Source: Prorocentrum cordatum (taxonomy: Eukaryota). From it: a stretch of 64,000 bases of DNA. The position numbers and the translations under genes were made by a program. Below, in pieces: positions 12,648 to 24,848 of this stretch; position 1 is the first letter of the stretch; each line of letters starts with the position of its first letter. Where the stretch lies: positions 2,170,001 through 2,234,000 of the forward strand of contig CAUYUJ010000001.1 in NCBI GenBank assembly GCA_963575745.1, in the 5' to 3' direction. The notes below the pieces were generated by a model, which was not told where the DNA came from, did no database searches, and saw only the letters and a list, made by a program, of their open reading frames with translations.

Positions 12648-15600
12648 ACGGAGTCAAGCTACCCCCCTTTCCGCCCCTCTTTTTGAAACAGAAAGTGAGC
12701 CTGGGCTTACGTTTCAGAGGGGGGGGGCTTCGAAAGCTACCCCCCCTCTTTTTGTTTTTGGCTTGGACACAGGAGGGGGCGGCTTCAAGCTACCCCCCCC
12801 CTGTGCAAAGGGGGGGAAGGGGCGGGTTCCGAAGCTACCTCCCCCCCCCTCCGCTCCGGGGCTCTGGCAATATGGCGGAATCCCTGACGACAGGTGCGCA
12901 CCGCAGCGCTAGAGAACGAATTGGAGAATAAAGTCGACCCCTGGTTCGTTTTCTTGTTTGTTGTTTTTCCGGCCCCTGGTTCGTAGCCTCGTGTTCTCGG
13001 GCCCTGCTTCGTTTTCTTGTGTTCTCGTTTTCTTGTTTTTATTGTTTTCTCGTGTTTTCGGTTCCTGGGTCGCGGTCTCGTTTTCTCTGATCCTGGTTCG
13101 CGTTCTCGTTTTCTCGTTTTCTCGGCGCCTGGGTCGTGGTCCAGTTTTCTCGGACCCTGTTTCGTTTTCTCGTTGTCTCGGCCCCTGGGTCGTGGTTTTG
13201 TTTTCTCGGACGCTGATTCGTATTCTCGTTTTCTCGTTGTCTCGGCCCCCGGGTGGTGGTCGTGTATTCTCTGACCCTGCTTCGTTTTCTCGTTTCTTCA
13301 TTCTCTCGGCTCCTGGGTCGTGGTCTCGGATCTTGGTCCCTGGGTCGTGGTTTCCTCGGACCCTGGTTCGTTTTCTCTTTTTCTCGTTTTCTCTGCCCCT
13401 TGGTCGTGGGTCGTTTTCGCGTTTTCTCATTTCCTCGGCTCCTGGGTCGTGGTCTCGTTTTCTCGGGGCCTGGTTCGTTTTCTGTTTTTTTGTTTTCTAG
13501 GCCCCTGGGTCGTGGTTTCGTTCTCTCTGTTCCGGCTCGTTTTTTCGTTTTCTTGTTTTATCGGCCCCTGGTTCGTAGTCCCGTTTTCTCGCGCCCGGAT
13601 TCCTTTTATCGTTTTCTCGTTTTCTCGGCCCCTGGGTCGTGGTCGTGTTTTCTCTGACCCTGGTTCGTTTTCGCGTTTTCTCAGCCTCTGGGTCGTGGTC
13701 TCGTTTTCCCGTGTTCTCGGACCTTGATTCGTTGTTTTGTTTTCTCGCTTTCTCGGCTTTTGTTGTTTTGTGTTGTTTTTTTCGGGGCCTGGTTCGTGAT
13801 CCAATTTTTGTGTTTTCTCGGCCCCTGGGTCGTGGTGTCAATTTTCCTGGGACCCTTTTTAATTTCCTCGTTTTCTCGTGTTCTCGACCCCTGGGTCGTG
13901 GTCTCGTTTTCTGTCACCCTGGTTCGTTTTTTGTCTCTCGGCCCCTGGGTCGTGGTCTCCTTTTCTCTGATCCGGGTTCGGGTTCTCGTGTTCTCCGTAT
14001 CTCGGCCCCTGGATTGTGGTTTTGTCTCTCTGACCTTGGTTAGTATTCTCGTTTTCTCGTTGTCTCGGCCCCTGGGTCGTGGTCTCGTTTTCTCGGGCTC
14101 CAGTTCGTTTTCTCGTTTCTTCATTATCTCGGCTCCTGGGTTGTTGTCTCGTTTTCTCGGCACCTGGTCCGTTGTCTTGTTTTCTTGTTTTGTCGGCCCC
14201 TGGGTCGTGGTTTCGTTTTCTCTGACCCTGATTCGTTGTCTTGTTTTCTTGTTTTATCGTCCCTGGGGTCGTGTTTTTTTTTCTCGGACCTGGTTCGTTT
14301 TCTCGTTTTCTTGTTTTCTCGGTCCCTGGCTCCGACCCTGGTTTGTTTTACCGTTTTCGCATTATGTCTGCCCCTTGGTCGTGGTCTCGTTTTCTCGGAC
14401 CCCGTTTCGTTTTCTCGTTGTCTTGTTGTTTCGTCTCCTGGGTCGTGGTCTTCTTTTCACCCTGGTTCGTTTTCTCGCTTTCTCGGCCCCTGGGTCGTGG
14501 TTTGGTTTTCTCGGGGCATCGTTCGTTTTCTTGGTTTCTCGATTTCTCTGCCCCTGGGTCGTGGTCTCGTTTTTTCTTACCCTGGTTCGTTTTCTCGTTT
14601 TCTCTTACCCTGGGTCGTGGTCGCGTTTTGTCTGGCCCTGGTTCGTGTTCTCGTTTCTTGCTCTCTCGGCGCCTGGGTCGTGCTCCAGTTTTCTCGGACC
14701 CTGTTTCGTTTTCTGATTGTCTAATTTCCTCGGCCCCTGGGTCGCGGTTTCGTTTTCTCGGAAGTTGGTTTGTTTTCTCGCTGCCTCGTTTTCTCGGCCC
14801 CTGGTTCGTAGTCTCGTTTTCTCGGGCCCTTATTCCTTTTTTCCGTTTTCTCGTTTTCTCGGCCCTTGGGTCGTGGTCTCGTTCTCTAGGACCGATATTA
14901 GCGTTTTCTCGTCCTGGGTCATGGTTTCGTTTGTTCGGACCTTCGTTTGTTTTATTGTTTTCTCGTGTTCTCGGCCCCTGGGTCGTTATCGTGTTTTCTC
15001 GGACCCTGGTTCATTGTCTCCTTTTCTCGTTTCTTGGCTTCTGGATGTTTGTTTTGTTTTCTCGGGCCCTGGTTCGTTGTCTCGTTTTTCTAGTTTTCTC
15101 GGCCCTTGGGTTGTCATCTCGTTTTCTTGTGCCCTTGTTCGTTTTCTCGTTATCTCGTTTTCTCGGCCCCTGGGTCGTGGTTTCGTTTTTTCGGGCACGG
15201 GTTTGTTTTCTCGTTGTCTCGGCTCCTGGGTCGTGGTCGCGTTTTCTCGGACCCTGTCTCGTTTTTCGGGACCCTGGTTCGTTTTCTCGTTTTCTCGGTC
15301 CCTGGGCCGTGGTCTCGTTTTCTCGGACCCTGCTTCGTTTCCTCGTTTTCTCAGCCTCTGGGTCGTGGTCTCGTTTTCTTTGACCCTGGGTCGTTGTCGT
15401 CGGTCGCGCGTCGTCCGTCGTCCGTCGCCGTCTTCGTATGACCTCGTCCTCGTCGTGACGACCACGACGAGGTCATGCGAAGACGGCGACAATGACGGCG
15501 ACGGCGGCGACAACGACGACGAGGACGACGACGGTGTCGTACGAAGACGTCGAGCGACGGCGACGGCAACGACGACGGCGACAGGGGAGGATCGTCCGGC

Positions 15601-15927
15601 AGGGGGAGTTCAAGGGGGGAGGTGGTAGCTTCCAGCAGGGGGGGGTCAAAGGGGGGGGGGGGTAGCTAAGCCCTTTGGAAAGTGGGGGAGGGGGGGAGCT
15701 TCCGGAGCGGCAAAGGGGAGACGGGGGTAGCTTCCGGGGGGGGAACAAGAAAAAAGGGGAGGGGGGAGGGGTCCGGCAGAGGGGGGCCAAAGGGGGGAGG
15801 GTAGCTAAGCCCCCCCCTCCTTTGGAAAGGGGAGGGAGGGGGGGGGGGGGGGGGGTAGGGGGGGCGAAACAGGGAGAAGGGGGGAGGGGGGGGGGGGGGG
15901 GGGGGGAGACCCCCCCCCTTGCTCCGT
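12648..15927. mobile_element. Foldback-like element with inverted subterminal repeats enclosing a satellite
   Basis: The left arm repeats AAGCTACCCCCC and the right arm repeats GGGGGTAGCT. Short terminal match ACGGAG(T)CAAG / CTTGCTCCGT. Confidence 0.55.
12935..15392. repeat. ~55-60 bp minisatellite (TTTTCTCGGCCCCTGGGTCGTGGTCTCGTTTTCTCGGACCCTGGTTCG)
   Basis: Dozens of degenerate tandem copies with a strong T-rich strand bias. Confidence 0.95.
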
Positions 15928-16109
15928 CACTGTGGGCACGCTCTCTCCAACATGTTGACGGTCGGGCGTTGCGTAATGGGGGGGGGCGACAACTGGGGGG
16001 GCGAGGAAAGGTGAACCTTTTGTGCCCGAAATGGGGCCTGAAGGGAGCCCCTGGGCCCCAAAAGGAGAACGAAAGGTGCACGCTTACTCCCCCCACTTAT
16101 CGCCCCACT

Positions 16110-16495
16110 CCTCCCCCTCCTCCTCCTCCTCCTCCTCCTCCTCCTCCTCCTCCTCCTCCTCCTCTTCCTCCTCCTCCTCCTCCTCCTCCTCCTCCTCCTC
16201 CTCCTCGTCCTCCTCCTCCTCCTCCTCCTCCTCCTCCTGCTAAGCAACGCCCAACTCGGACATCTGGGTGAATCCAGGACCTCGAGGCGAATCCAGCAGT
16301 GGCGGCGAGGGGCGGGGAGCGGGAGCGGTAGGCTCCCATCGGAGATCTCAGGGAAAAACAACAACTTCTGTGGGTGTCAGCTCCTCTCTCCTCCTCCTCC
16401 TCCTCCTCCTCCTCCTCCTCCTCCTCCTCCTCCTCCTCCTCCTCCTCCTCCTCCTCCTCCCCCTCCTCCTTCCCCTCCTCCTCCTCCTCCTCCTG
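16110..16495. repeat. Two (CCT)n microsatellites
   Basis: 16110-16238 and 16381-16495. Confidence 0.95.
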
Positions 16496-17691
16496 GGCGT
16501 TTTCTCGGAGCTTCCTTCTGTCCTCAGAACTTTCGTCCGCCTGGCCCTGGACTGCTGCTTCAGAGCACGTTGCGAGCGATGCCTACTTGCTTAGCGTCCC
16601 GATGTCTTAACTCTGAGCAGGGGTGTAGCTTCTTCATACGAGTTTGCGAACGCAGGCATTGTGCTCGCATGTTCCCCGCGCCGCCCCCAATCTGCGACCA
16701 AATGCGACCCCCTCCCCTGCTGGCCCCAATCGACGAGGTGGTATCGGACACCCCCGCTGAGGCCCACCTGGCTGCAGACCTCCCTCGAGTTCTGAACCCC
16801 AGCCGGCGTCTCAGCAATCGGACCTGCTCGGGACCCGAGAGACGGGGGTCAATGCAAACGGGGGCCAGCCAGAGCGCCAGACCCTGCAGGATCCTGCAGA
16901 GCCAGGGCTGCACTGACCGGGACTTGGTTGCAGGATGCTGCCGGATCCTGCGGGGCCTGGACTGACCCGGGCCTGGACCGACCTGGGCCAGCAGATCCCC
17001 GCCCTGCCGGGGGAGAGGTTCACATGCGGTTGCCTGCCGCATGGCCCGGCCCCGGCAGGCGAGGCGCGCGCGCGCCGCCGCCCTCGCGGCGGCGCCGCCG
17101 CTCCTGCTGCTCCTCGGCGCCAGCCTGGCCTTCGCGGCCAGGCCCTCTACGGGGCGGCGCCCCTCGGGGCCGCCAGCCCCCTCGGCCTGGTCGGGCTCCG
17201 CGCTGGGACCGTCCTGGGGGTCAAAGTTCGGGGAGGCGTCAGGTTCGAGTTCCCCTGAGCTCAGGTTCGCAGGCGCTTTTTGACGGGCCTGGCCTGGGAT
17301 TTGACGGTCCAGTTTTCGTGAAGCCGGGAGCGCGCGTCAAATTTCAGCGTGGGTATCGTCATTTTCTCGACGGCTCCGTCAGGCCAGCCCGAGCCCCCCG
17401 AGCTGGACCTCACGTCTCCACGAAAAGGAAGGGCAGGAAGTGGATCAACTTCCCCCGATTGGATTTGCTCCATCCGCGGCCCCAGAGGTTCCGACTCCCT
17501 CCCCGGGGCCAGTCTGTCAGAAAGAGCGCCGTGCTCGCAGAACCCCGCCCCCCCTTCAAAGGGAATCGGAGAATTTCGGACCCCCCCCTCCCCTAAAAAA
17601 AAGAAGGGGGGGGCTTTCGCCCCCCCCCCCCCACCCCCCCACTTTGAAAGGGGGGGTCGGGACACCCTGCCCTCCCCCCTTTGCGATGGAA

Positions 17692-18472
17692 GTGTGTGTG
17701 TGTGTGTCTGTGTGTGTGTGTGTGTCTGTGTGTGTGTGTGTCTGTGTGTCTGTGTGTGTCTGTGTGTCTGTGTCTCTGTGTGTCTGTGTGTCTGTGTGTG
17801 TGTGTCTCTGTGTCTCTGTGTCTCTGTGTCTCTGTGTCTCTGTGTCTCTGTGTCTCTGTGTCTCTGTGTCTCTGTGTCTCTGTGTCTCTGTGTCTCTGTG
17901 TCTCTGTGTCTCTGTGTCTCTGTGTCTCTGTGTCTCTGTGTCTCTGTGTCTCTGTGTCTCTGTGTCTCTGTGTCTCTGTGTCTCTGTGTCTCTGTGTCTC
18001 TGTGTCTCTGTGTCTCTGTGTCTCTGTGTCTCTGTGTCTCTGTGTCTCTGTGTCTCTGTGTCTCTGTGTCTCTGTGTCTCTGTGTCTCTGTGTCTCTGTG
18101 TCTCTGTGTCTCTGTGTCTCTGTGTCTCTGTGTCTCTGTGTCTCTGTGTCTCTGTGTCTCTGTGTCTCTGTGTCTCTGTGTCTCTGTGTCTCTGTGTCTG
18201 TGTCTCTGTGTCTCTGTGTCTCTGTGTCTCTGTGTCTCTGTGTCTCTGTGTCTCTGTGTCTCTGTGTCTCTGTGTCTCTCTCTCTCTGTGTCTCTGTGTC
18301 TCTGTGTCTCTGTGTCTCTGTGTCTGTGTCTCTGTCTCTGTGTGTCTGTGTGTCTGTGTGTCTGTGTGTCTCTCTCTGTGTCTCTGTGTCTGTGTGTCTG
18401 TGTGTCTGTGTGTCTGTGTGTCTGTGTGTCTGTGTGTCTGTGTCTGTGTCTGTGTCTGTGTCTGTGTCTGTG
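17692..18472. repeat. (TGTGTCTC)n octamer microsatellite grading into TG/TGTC variants
   Basis: Read directly from the sequence. Confidence 0.97.
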
Positions 18473-18614
18473 GGTGGGTGGGTGGGTGGGTGGGTGTGTG
18501 TGTGTAGGGGGGGGGGGGGCGTTTTCGGACCCCCCCCTCTTCCCGCTTGCGCCGGACAGGGGACCGGGAAGGAAGCTTCTCCCGCTTCTCTTTTCTGCGC
18601 CCGAGAAGGTGGGA

Positions 18615-19018
18615 TGAGGGTTAGGGTTTTGAGTTTCGGGTCAGGGTTGAGGCTAGGGTTTAGGGGTAGGGCTTGGGGGTTAGGTTCAGGGGTTAGGGTT
18701 AGGGTTAGGGTCGGGGTCAGGGTTAGGGTTTAGGGCTTAGGGCTTGTAGTGGTTAGGGTTAGGGGTTAACGTATAGGGTTAGTGGTTAGGGTCAGGTTTA
18801 TGGGTTTGGGTAGGGGTCAGGGTTAGGGTTTAGGTTTAGGGTTTAGGGCTCGTAGTGGTTTGGGTTGGGGGTTTAGGGGTTAAGGGTAAGGTTCGGGTTA
18901 AGGTTACGGGTATCGGGTCCAGGTTATGGGGTTAGGGGCAGGGGTTCGGGTTAGGGATTAGGGGTGGGTTTTCGGGTTTGGGGTTACGGGTTAGGGTTAG
19001 GGTTAAAGGTTAGGGCTC
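18615..19018 (+). repeat. Degenerate telomere-like (TTAGGG/TTTAGGG) tract
   Basis: Many TTAGGG, TTTAGGG, TCAGGG and TTCGGG units with the G-rich strand on +. Confidence 0.85.
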
Positions 19019-20074
19019 GGGTCCACTAGCCTCTATTCGAAATCCGCTGGACGTATCCCACCCACCCATGACCCATGACATACAGAACTTCACGCGTCAA
19101 TGACGTCAGCGCGATGCGTCATGCGCAGTACTTACGCAGCGCCTCAACCCGATGCAGCAGCTGTATGAACGGAGATCTCACGCGCCGTCACTCGTGGGTC
19201 TGCATCGTTCGCTGCATCGCCCCAAGTGGCCATTCCCTCGGCGGGTCTCAGTGGAAGGATGCGCTGGGGGCCTCGCAGAGGCGCTGCGGAAGCGGGCGCG
19301 TAAGCAAGGCGCAAAGCGCGGGGATGTGTTCCTATGCCATTATGGTACCAGGGCAGCTGGAGCGCAGGTCTGGCGCGCCAGTCCCGCACCACCAACTCTT
19401 GGTCGGTCGAGGATGCAACGGCGTTGCGGCGCACGAGTGACAGGAGCACGTCTTTGAGATACTCCAGTGGCTGGGCCGCAGCGCATGGGCGATGCATCGC
19501 CTCGGCCGGTCTGTGGGGGCTGGCGCGGGAGTGCGATGAGCCACCGGCTTCCACACGCATTGGCGATGCATGGGCCGGCTTAGCGCGTGACCAGGGCGTA
19601 GCGCTTCGCGACGTCCGCGGACTTTGGTTCGAGTGTTTTCGCGCCCGACCGGACCTCGACCGCCTGCGCGCCGCTTGCCGCTAGCGCCTTGCTGCCATGG
19701 CCGAGGGTTCCGACGCGGCCGGCCTGTTCTTGGGCACCCATCCACGCGCCGCCGCTGGCGGCGCCGATTCAAAGAAGCGGCGCTTCGAGCCGCCCGCGGC
19801 GGAGGAGGAGGAGGGGCGCGAGAAACTCCGTCGTGCTGACCACGCCTATTTCGCGCTGCTCGACCACGAGGGGGAGTCCGTGATCGACGCGGCGAGCGGC
19901 GCAGAGAACGAGGGCCGTTTGCATGGGCGGTGGCGCGTAGTTTTCGGGAGTGCGGCCGCACGTAAGGTCCCTCCTTCTCCACGCGGCGTGCCGCGTAAGA
20001 GGCCCGCGTGGGCCACCGCGCGTGACCGCCGCCGTCCTCGCACGCGCGCCCCCTGGTTTTTGCGTCGCCGAGGT

Positions 20075-20690
20075 GCCGCTCGATAAGCTCTGGGAAGCGG
20101 CAGCGCAGGAGGGCCAGTGGGCGAAGACCCACACGAACTTGGCACGGGTTTCCGAGTACTGCGTGGGCGTCGGCGTCAGCCAGACGTCACAGGTCCTCGC
20201 CGTCGCCATCCGGAAGCTCCAGTCCGACTCCAACGTGCGGGCGGTCTTGCTGAAGGAGACCCACACGAAGGCCACGGCAGAGGCGACGGCCCTGCTACAT
20301 CACTTGGACTTGCTCCACCGCAGGAAGGGCTCGGAGGAGCCTTACGGCGGCGAGGCAAAGGGCGTCAGCTTCGCGAAGCTGAAGGCGCCCGTGCCCCCGC
20401 GCAGCGCGCCGGCGGGAGCGCTGGCGCGAGCGGCAGCGGCGGCGCCGCCGCCGGCGCGGCAGCCCCTACGAAGCCCGAGGAGGTGGTGGCGGCCGCCAAG
20501 GCGCTGCACGCGTGGCTGTGGCGACCCCGGTCCGCGCTGCGCCGCCTCCCGAGCATCCTCGCAGGCGGGGGCGCGCATTGGACGGCGTACGCCCCCGAGA
20601 AGGTTGCCAGGGCTGGGGTCCACCACCATCCCATCGACGAGAAGGCTTTCGGGAACGCGGCCGCGGTCGCCTCGCCGGCGGCGGCTCGGG
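20075..20690 (+). pseudogene. Frameshifted ORF remnant of unknown function within the array
   Basis: Protein-like DKLWEAAAQEG...TALLHHLDLLH, then a different frame with AAAKALHAWLWRPRSALRRLPSILAGGG...EKVARAGVHH. Codon third positions are GC-rich. Confidence 0.45.
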
Positions 20691-22827
20691 CGTCTCCGCC
20701 GCGGAGCGGGGCGTGGACGACACCCGCGGCCTCTTCGCGTCAACGTGGCGGCGTGGAGATGGGCTGGCTGCGTGGCCATCGCAGCCGCGTTTGGAGCGCG
20801 CGGCGCACTTGCTGGGCATAGGGCCGCGGGGAAAACGTGGATGGGGAGAGGTCATACAGGCATAGCGCGGCAGGGCAGAGGGGTGCGCATTTGGATACTT
20901 AGGTCCAGGCTGGGATCGATAGCTTGGGGGGGCGAGAAAAAGGACAGCCGTGGCCGCCCTCTTCTGTCCTGCCCTGCGCAAGCGAGGCAAAGGGGGGCGA
21001 AGCTCTCGCGCCATCCCCGACACTCTCCCGGTCCCAATGCCCCGCGCGCGCTGGGCAGATTTGGGGTGGCGCCAGGGAAAAGGCGAGGACTTTGTGTCCA
21101 CTGTGCGTCGTTGGCGCGTGGCCGCGTGCTCCTCCTCGGCTTCTCAGACGCCGCTCTCCTCAGGTCGCCCAAGCGCGCGCGGCGATGGTGGGCGACTGCC
21201 TCGCGCCACCTCCGGGCGCTTTCTGGGCCCTCATGCACAGCGCACGCTGGGCGGGGCTGGGGAAGCGCAAGGGCTCTGCGCATGGGCCTCGACCCCCCCC
21301 CGGGGCTGCGCGTTTGGCCGAACCCTCTTCCCCACCCGCCCACCCAGCGCTCTGGATTTCGGCCGTGCGCGCGCGAGGCGATCGGGCGCGACGCCTTTGC
21401 GCCAACCCCGACGCTTTCCCGGCCCATCTGCCCGCGGCTGTTCGGCGGGGCGGGGAGAGCGCCAGGCTGACGGCTGGTGGGCCGGCCCTGTCGTCGGCGT
21501 CGCTGGCGCGTGGCCGAGCCCCCTGGCGCATCTCGAGGGCGACGCGATTACATGTGAAACATGTTGTGTAGGGAGACGATCTGCGTCACAGCCGACATTG
21601 CGCGGCGAACGCCGCCCACCCCTCCCCCCACACCCCCACAGACAGCGTCGGCGCCGCATCCAAAACAATCCATGCTATGCTACGCCATACTACGGCACCA
21701 TCATGTAACCATGTGCTGTGCTATGGGACGCCCCGCCATGCGACGCTGGCATGCTACGGTGTCTTGTGTATGCAACGTATTGCAATGCTGCGAGATGAGG
21801 CGACAGGCGGGTGCTACGCTACGAGATGCCTTGCCAAGCTCGCAATGCACTGCGTCGCATTGCAGTTGCGCCCCCCACTGGGAGCTTCTTGGCGAAAGGC
21901 TCTCGGTGGTAGGCTTTTTTTTTGCGCGGCCGTGGCCGCCTCGCCGCGTCGGCTCCACGGCGCTTCATTGCGCCGCGGAGTGGCCGCGCGACGAGGCGGC
22001 CATAATCGCGCGGAAACCCAAGTGGCCATTGTCCGGCCTCACGTGGCGGCCCTTGGGGAAGGGCGCGGGCGCGGCCCTTGACCCGCAAGGGTCGAGGTCG
22101 CGTTCGTGCCCCTCGCGAAGGACATTCTGAGTAATTTGGCAAACGCATCGCGGTCGCATCTGCCCAAGACGCGCGCGCGCGCACCCGCGCGCCGTGCGTC
22201 GAGCGGCGGGGGCGCCTGGGAAACGCTGAGGAGCGCCTGGGTCGTTCGAAGAGCCCCGGGGAACCTCCGGGGACGCTCAGGAGCCTTCGGGGAGCGCCTG
22301 GGCAGAACCCGCGGGCTCGTGTGAACGCCCGGGAGCGTTTGGTGGCGCCTGGCAACGCCTGCGAGCGCCCGGGGGGCGCTTGGGAACGCCTCGGGCTCGC
22401 GTTTGGCGGTGCTTGGGGCCTGCTCAAGGGGCGTTCAGGAGCGCCGGGGGCGGGGCGCTTGGGGGCGCTTGGAGGCCCCCGGAGGAGAGCCCGGGCCGCG
22501 CCAGAGCCGGCCATGGGGACGCCTGAGAATCTCCTGACGAGCGCCTGGGAGCGCCTGCGGCACAAACACACGCAGGCGTGCTCGGGATTGTATTTTTTGA
22601 TCGAGGTGGCACGAGTTGGAAGGGCCCATGTGCTCCGCGACAAATATGTGTGCAAGGCCTCCGTGCCGCATGCATGGGACACCGCATTTGTTGCAAAGGA
22701 TCCCGGCCACATCGGTACAAAACCGTATTTCGTCACATGAGAAAGTGGGGGGCGCCGAGGGGGCAGCATAAAGGGGTGTCCGTAAAAGGATCCCAGGACT
22801 GAGATACGTATAGGCTCTTAGTTTTTT

Positions 22828-22952
22828 GGGTGGGGGTTAGGGTGAAGGTTTGGGGCTTAGGATTCAGATTCGGGTTCGGGGTTAAGGTTTAGGGTTGGGG
22901 CTAGGGTTGGGGTTTCGGGCTAGGGTTAGGCCTTGCGGTGGGGGTTAGGGTC
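22828..22952 (+). repeat. Degenerate telomere-like tract
   Basis: TTAGGG, TTTAGGG and CTAGGG variants. Confidence 0.75.
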
Positions 22953-24640
22953 AAGACCCCCTCCCCGCCCGCAAGCCGTCTCGCTCACTCCAACCCGCCC
23001 TCCCAACATTGCGTCCGCGCCCACTTGGGCTCTGGGCGGGCTGCTCGCGCAACCCTCCCAGACCCCCGACGTCATGATTTTTTCATGACGTCGACCCCCA
23101 GAGATCTCGACCCTTTCCCTATGACCGGCTTTGCATCCTGAGTCGTTTTTTGACGCTCCCGAGGCCCGGTGAGGGCCCCAGGAGGCCGAAAATTAGGAAA
23201 AACCTCCCGTCGTGATTTTTTCATTACTCGAGGGGGTCTGGGCTGGCAGAGTGCTGCCCCCTGGTTCACGCAGCCATGCCTCGCAAGCGCCCGGCGGCTT
23301 CCGGGGCAGCCGACTCCGCGGGCGCGGCGCGGCGGAGGCGGCGGCCGCGCGGGGGCGGGCCCCGCGCCGGGTGACTCGCGCCCGCAGGGCGCGCGCGCCG
23401 CGCGGGGGCGGCGCGGGGCGACGCAGCGGTAGGCGACCTGATCAGGGATGCGGGCCGCACGCATGGGAAACCGTATTTTCAAGGGCTCCCTCGAGGGCGC
23501 GAAGTTATTCGCGCTTCGCGCTTCGCGGTCCTCGTTCCTTCTCCCCCTCCTCCTCGTCCTCCTATTCTCCCTTTGGGGGGGCGGCGCGAGAGCGCGAAGT
23601 TATTCGCGCTTCGCGCTTCGCGCAGCGCGAAGCGCGAAGTTGGGAGCCCTTGTATTTTGGGGGGAAGGGGATTCCGGCCGCATGGTCACAAAACCATATG
23701 TCCTACAAGAAGGGAAAGTGGGGGGCGCCGACGGGGCGGCATAAAGGGGAGCCCATAAAAGGGGTCTCAGGGCTCAATCTCGACAAGGCTCCTAGCGACT
23801 AGGGTTTAGGATTTAGGGTCCACTCGCCTTTATTCGAAGCCCGCTGGGCGCGCCCCACCCGCCCATGACCCATCACATGCAGAACTCAACGAGTCGAGGA
23901 CGTCAGTGCGATACGTCATGCGCAGTAGTTGCGCAGCGCCTCAACCCGATGCAGCGGCAATGCGGCGCAGGATCGAAGCGACCAGTGAGTGGCTCCACAC
24001 AGCAGGTTGCCGACGCATTGGCGATGTGCTGCGCTGGTTCGCGCGCTGCTGGGGGGCTATGAGAGACCTCCCCCCCCGCCCCTCTCTCAGGGGTGGACAG
24101 AACCCCCAACAGTGACACGTCGATTAGTGAATTGTCCGTTTTCGGTTCTCGAGAGGGCGCCGTGGTCGTTATTTTCCAGGCTTGCGCCCGCCAGGTTTGG
24201 GTCTCAGGTCGTTTTCACTAAACCACGTTTTACTAAAGGGGGGTCTGTCCAGCCCCGACTCTCGCGCTCGTGCCAATTTGGGCTCTGGGCGGGCTGTTCG
24301 CGCAGCGCCCGGGGCCTCCGAGGGGGCGCGCAGTGGCGCCAGGGGCGCCCCGGGGGCGCTTGGAAGCCCCCGGGAGGAGCGCCCGGGCCGCGCTTGAACC
24401 GCGCTCAGGGAGCTCAGGAAGCGCCTGGCGAGCGCCTGGGATCTCACGAGTTGGGAGGCGCCCACGTGCTCCGCGAAGTATTTTGTTGAGGGATTCGGAC
24501 CGCACGCGTGGGAACCCGTATTTCGCGCAAAGGATTCCGGCCGCATGGGCGCAACGCCGTATCTTTCACCGGGGAGAGTGTAGGGCGCCGAATGGAGCTC
24601 GTAAGGGATCTCAGGGCTTAGATTGTTATAGGCATTTGAT

Positions 24641-24848
24641 TGTTAGGGTTTGGGGCTCGGGTGGGGCTTCGGGCTAGGGTTACAGGTTGAGGTTGGGGGT
24701 TGAGGTGGGGTTTCAGGTAGGGGTTTTGGGTTTAGAGGGTAGGGGTTAGGATTGGCGTTAGAGGTTCGAGTTTAGGGTTGGTGTCAGGGTAAGGGTTATG
24801 GGTTAGGGTGGGGGTTAAAGTGGGGGTTCGGGTCACGGTTGCGGGTTA
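24641..24848 (+). repeat. Degenerate telomere-like tract
   Basis: TTAGGG and TTTAGGG variants between two array units. Confidence 0.75.

Noticed and set aside
12909..18733. Long ORFs rich in F/S/R/V/C
   Set aside because: Stop-free reading of strand-biased satellites in all frames.
18615..19018. True chromosome end
   Set aside because: The tract is internal and heavily degenerate.
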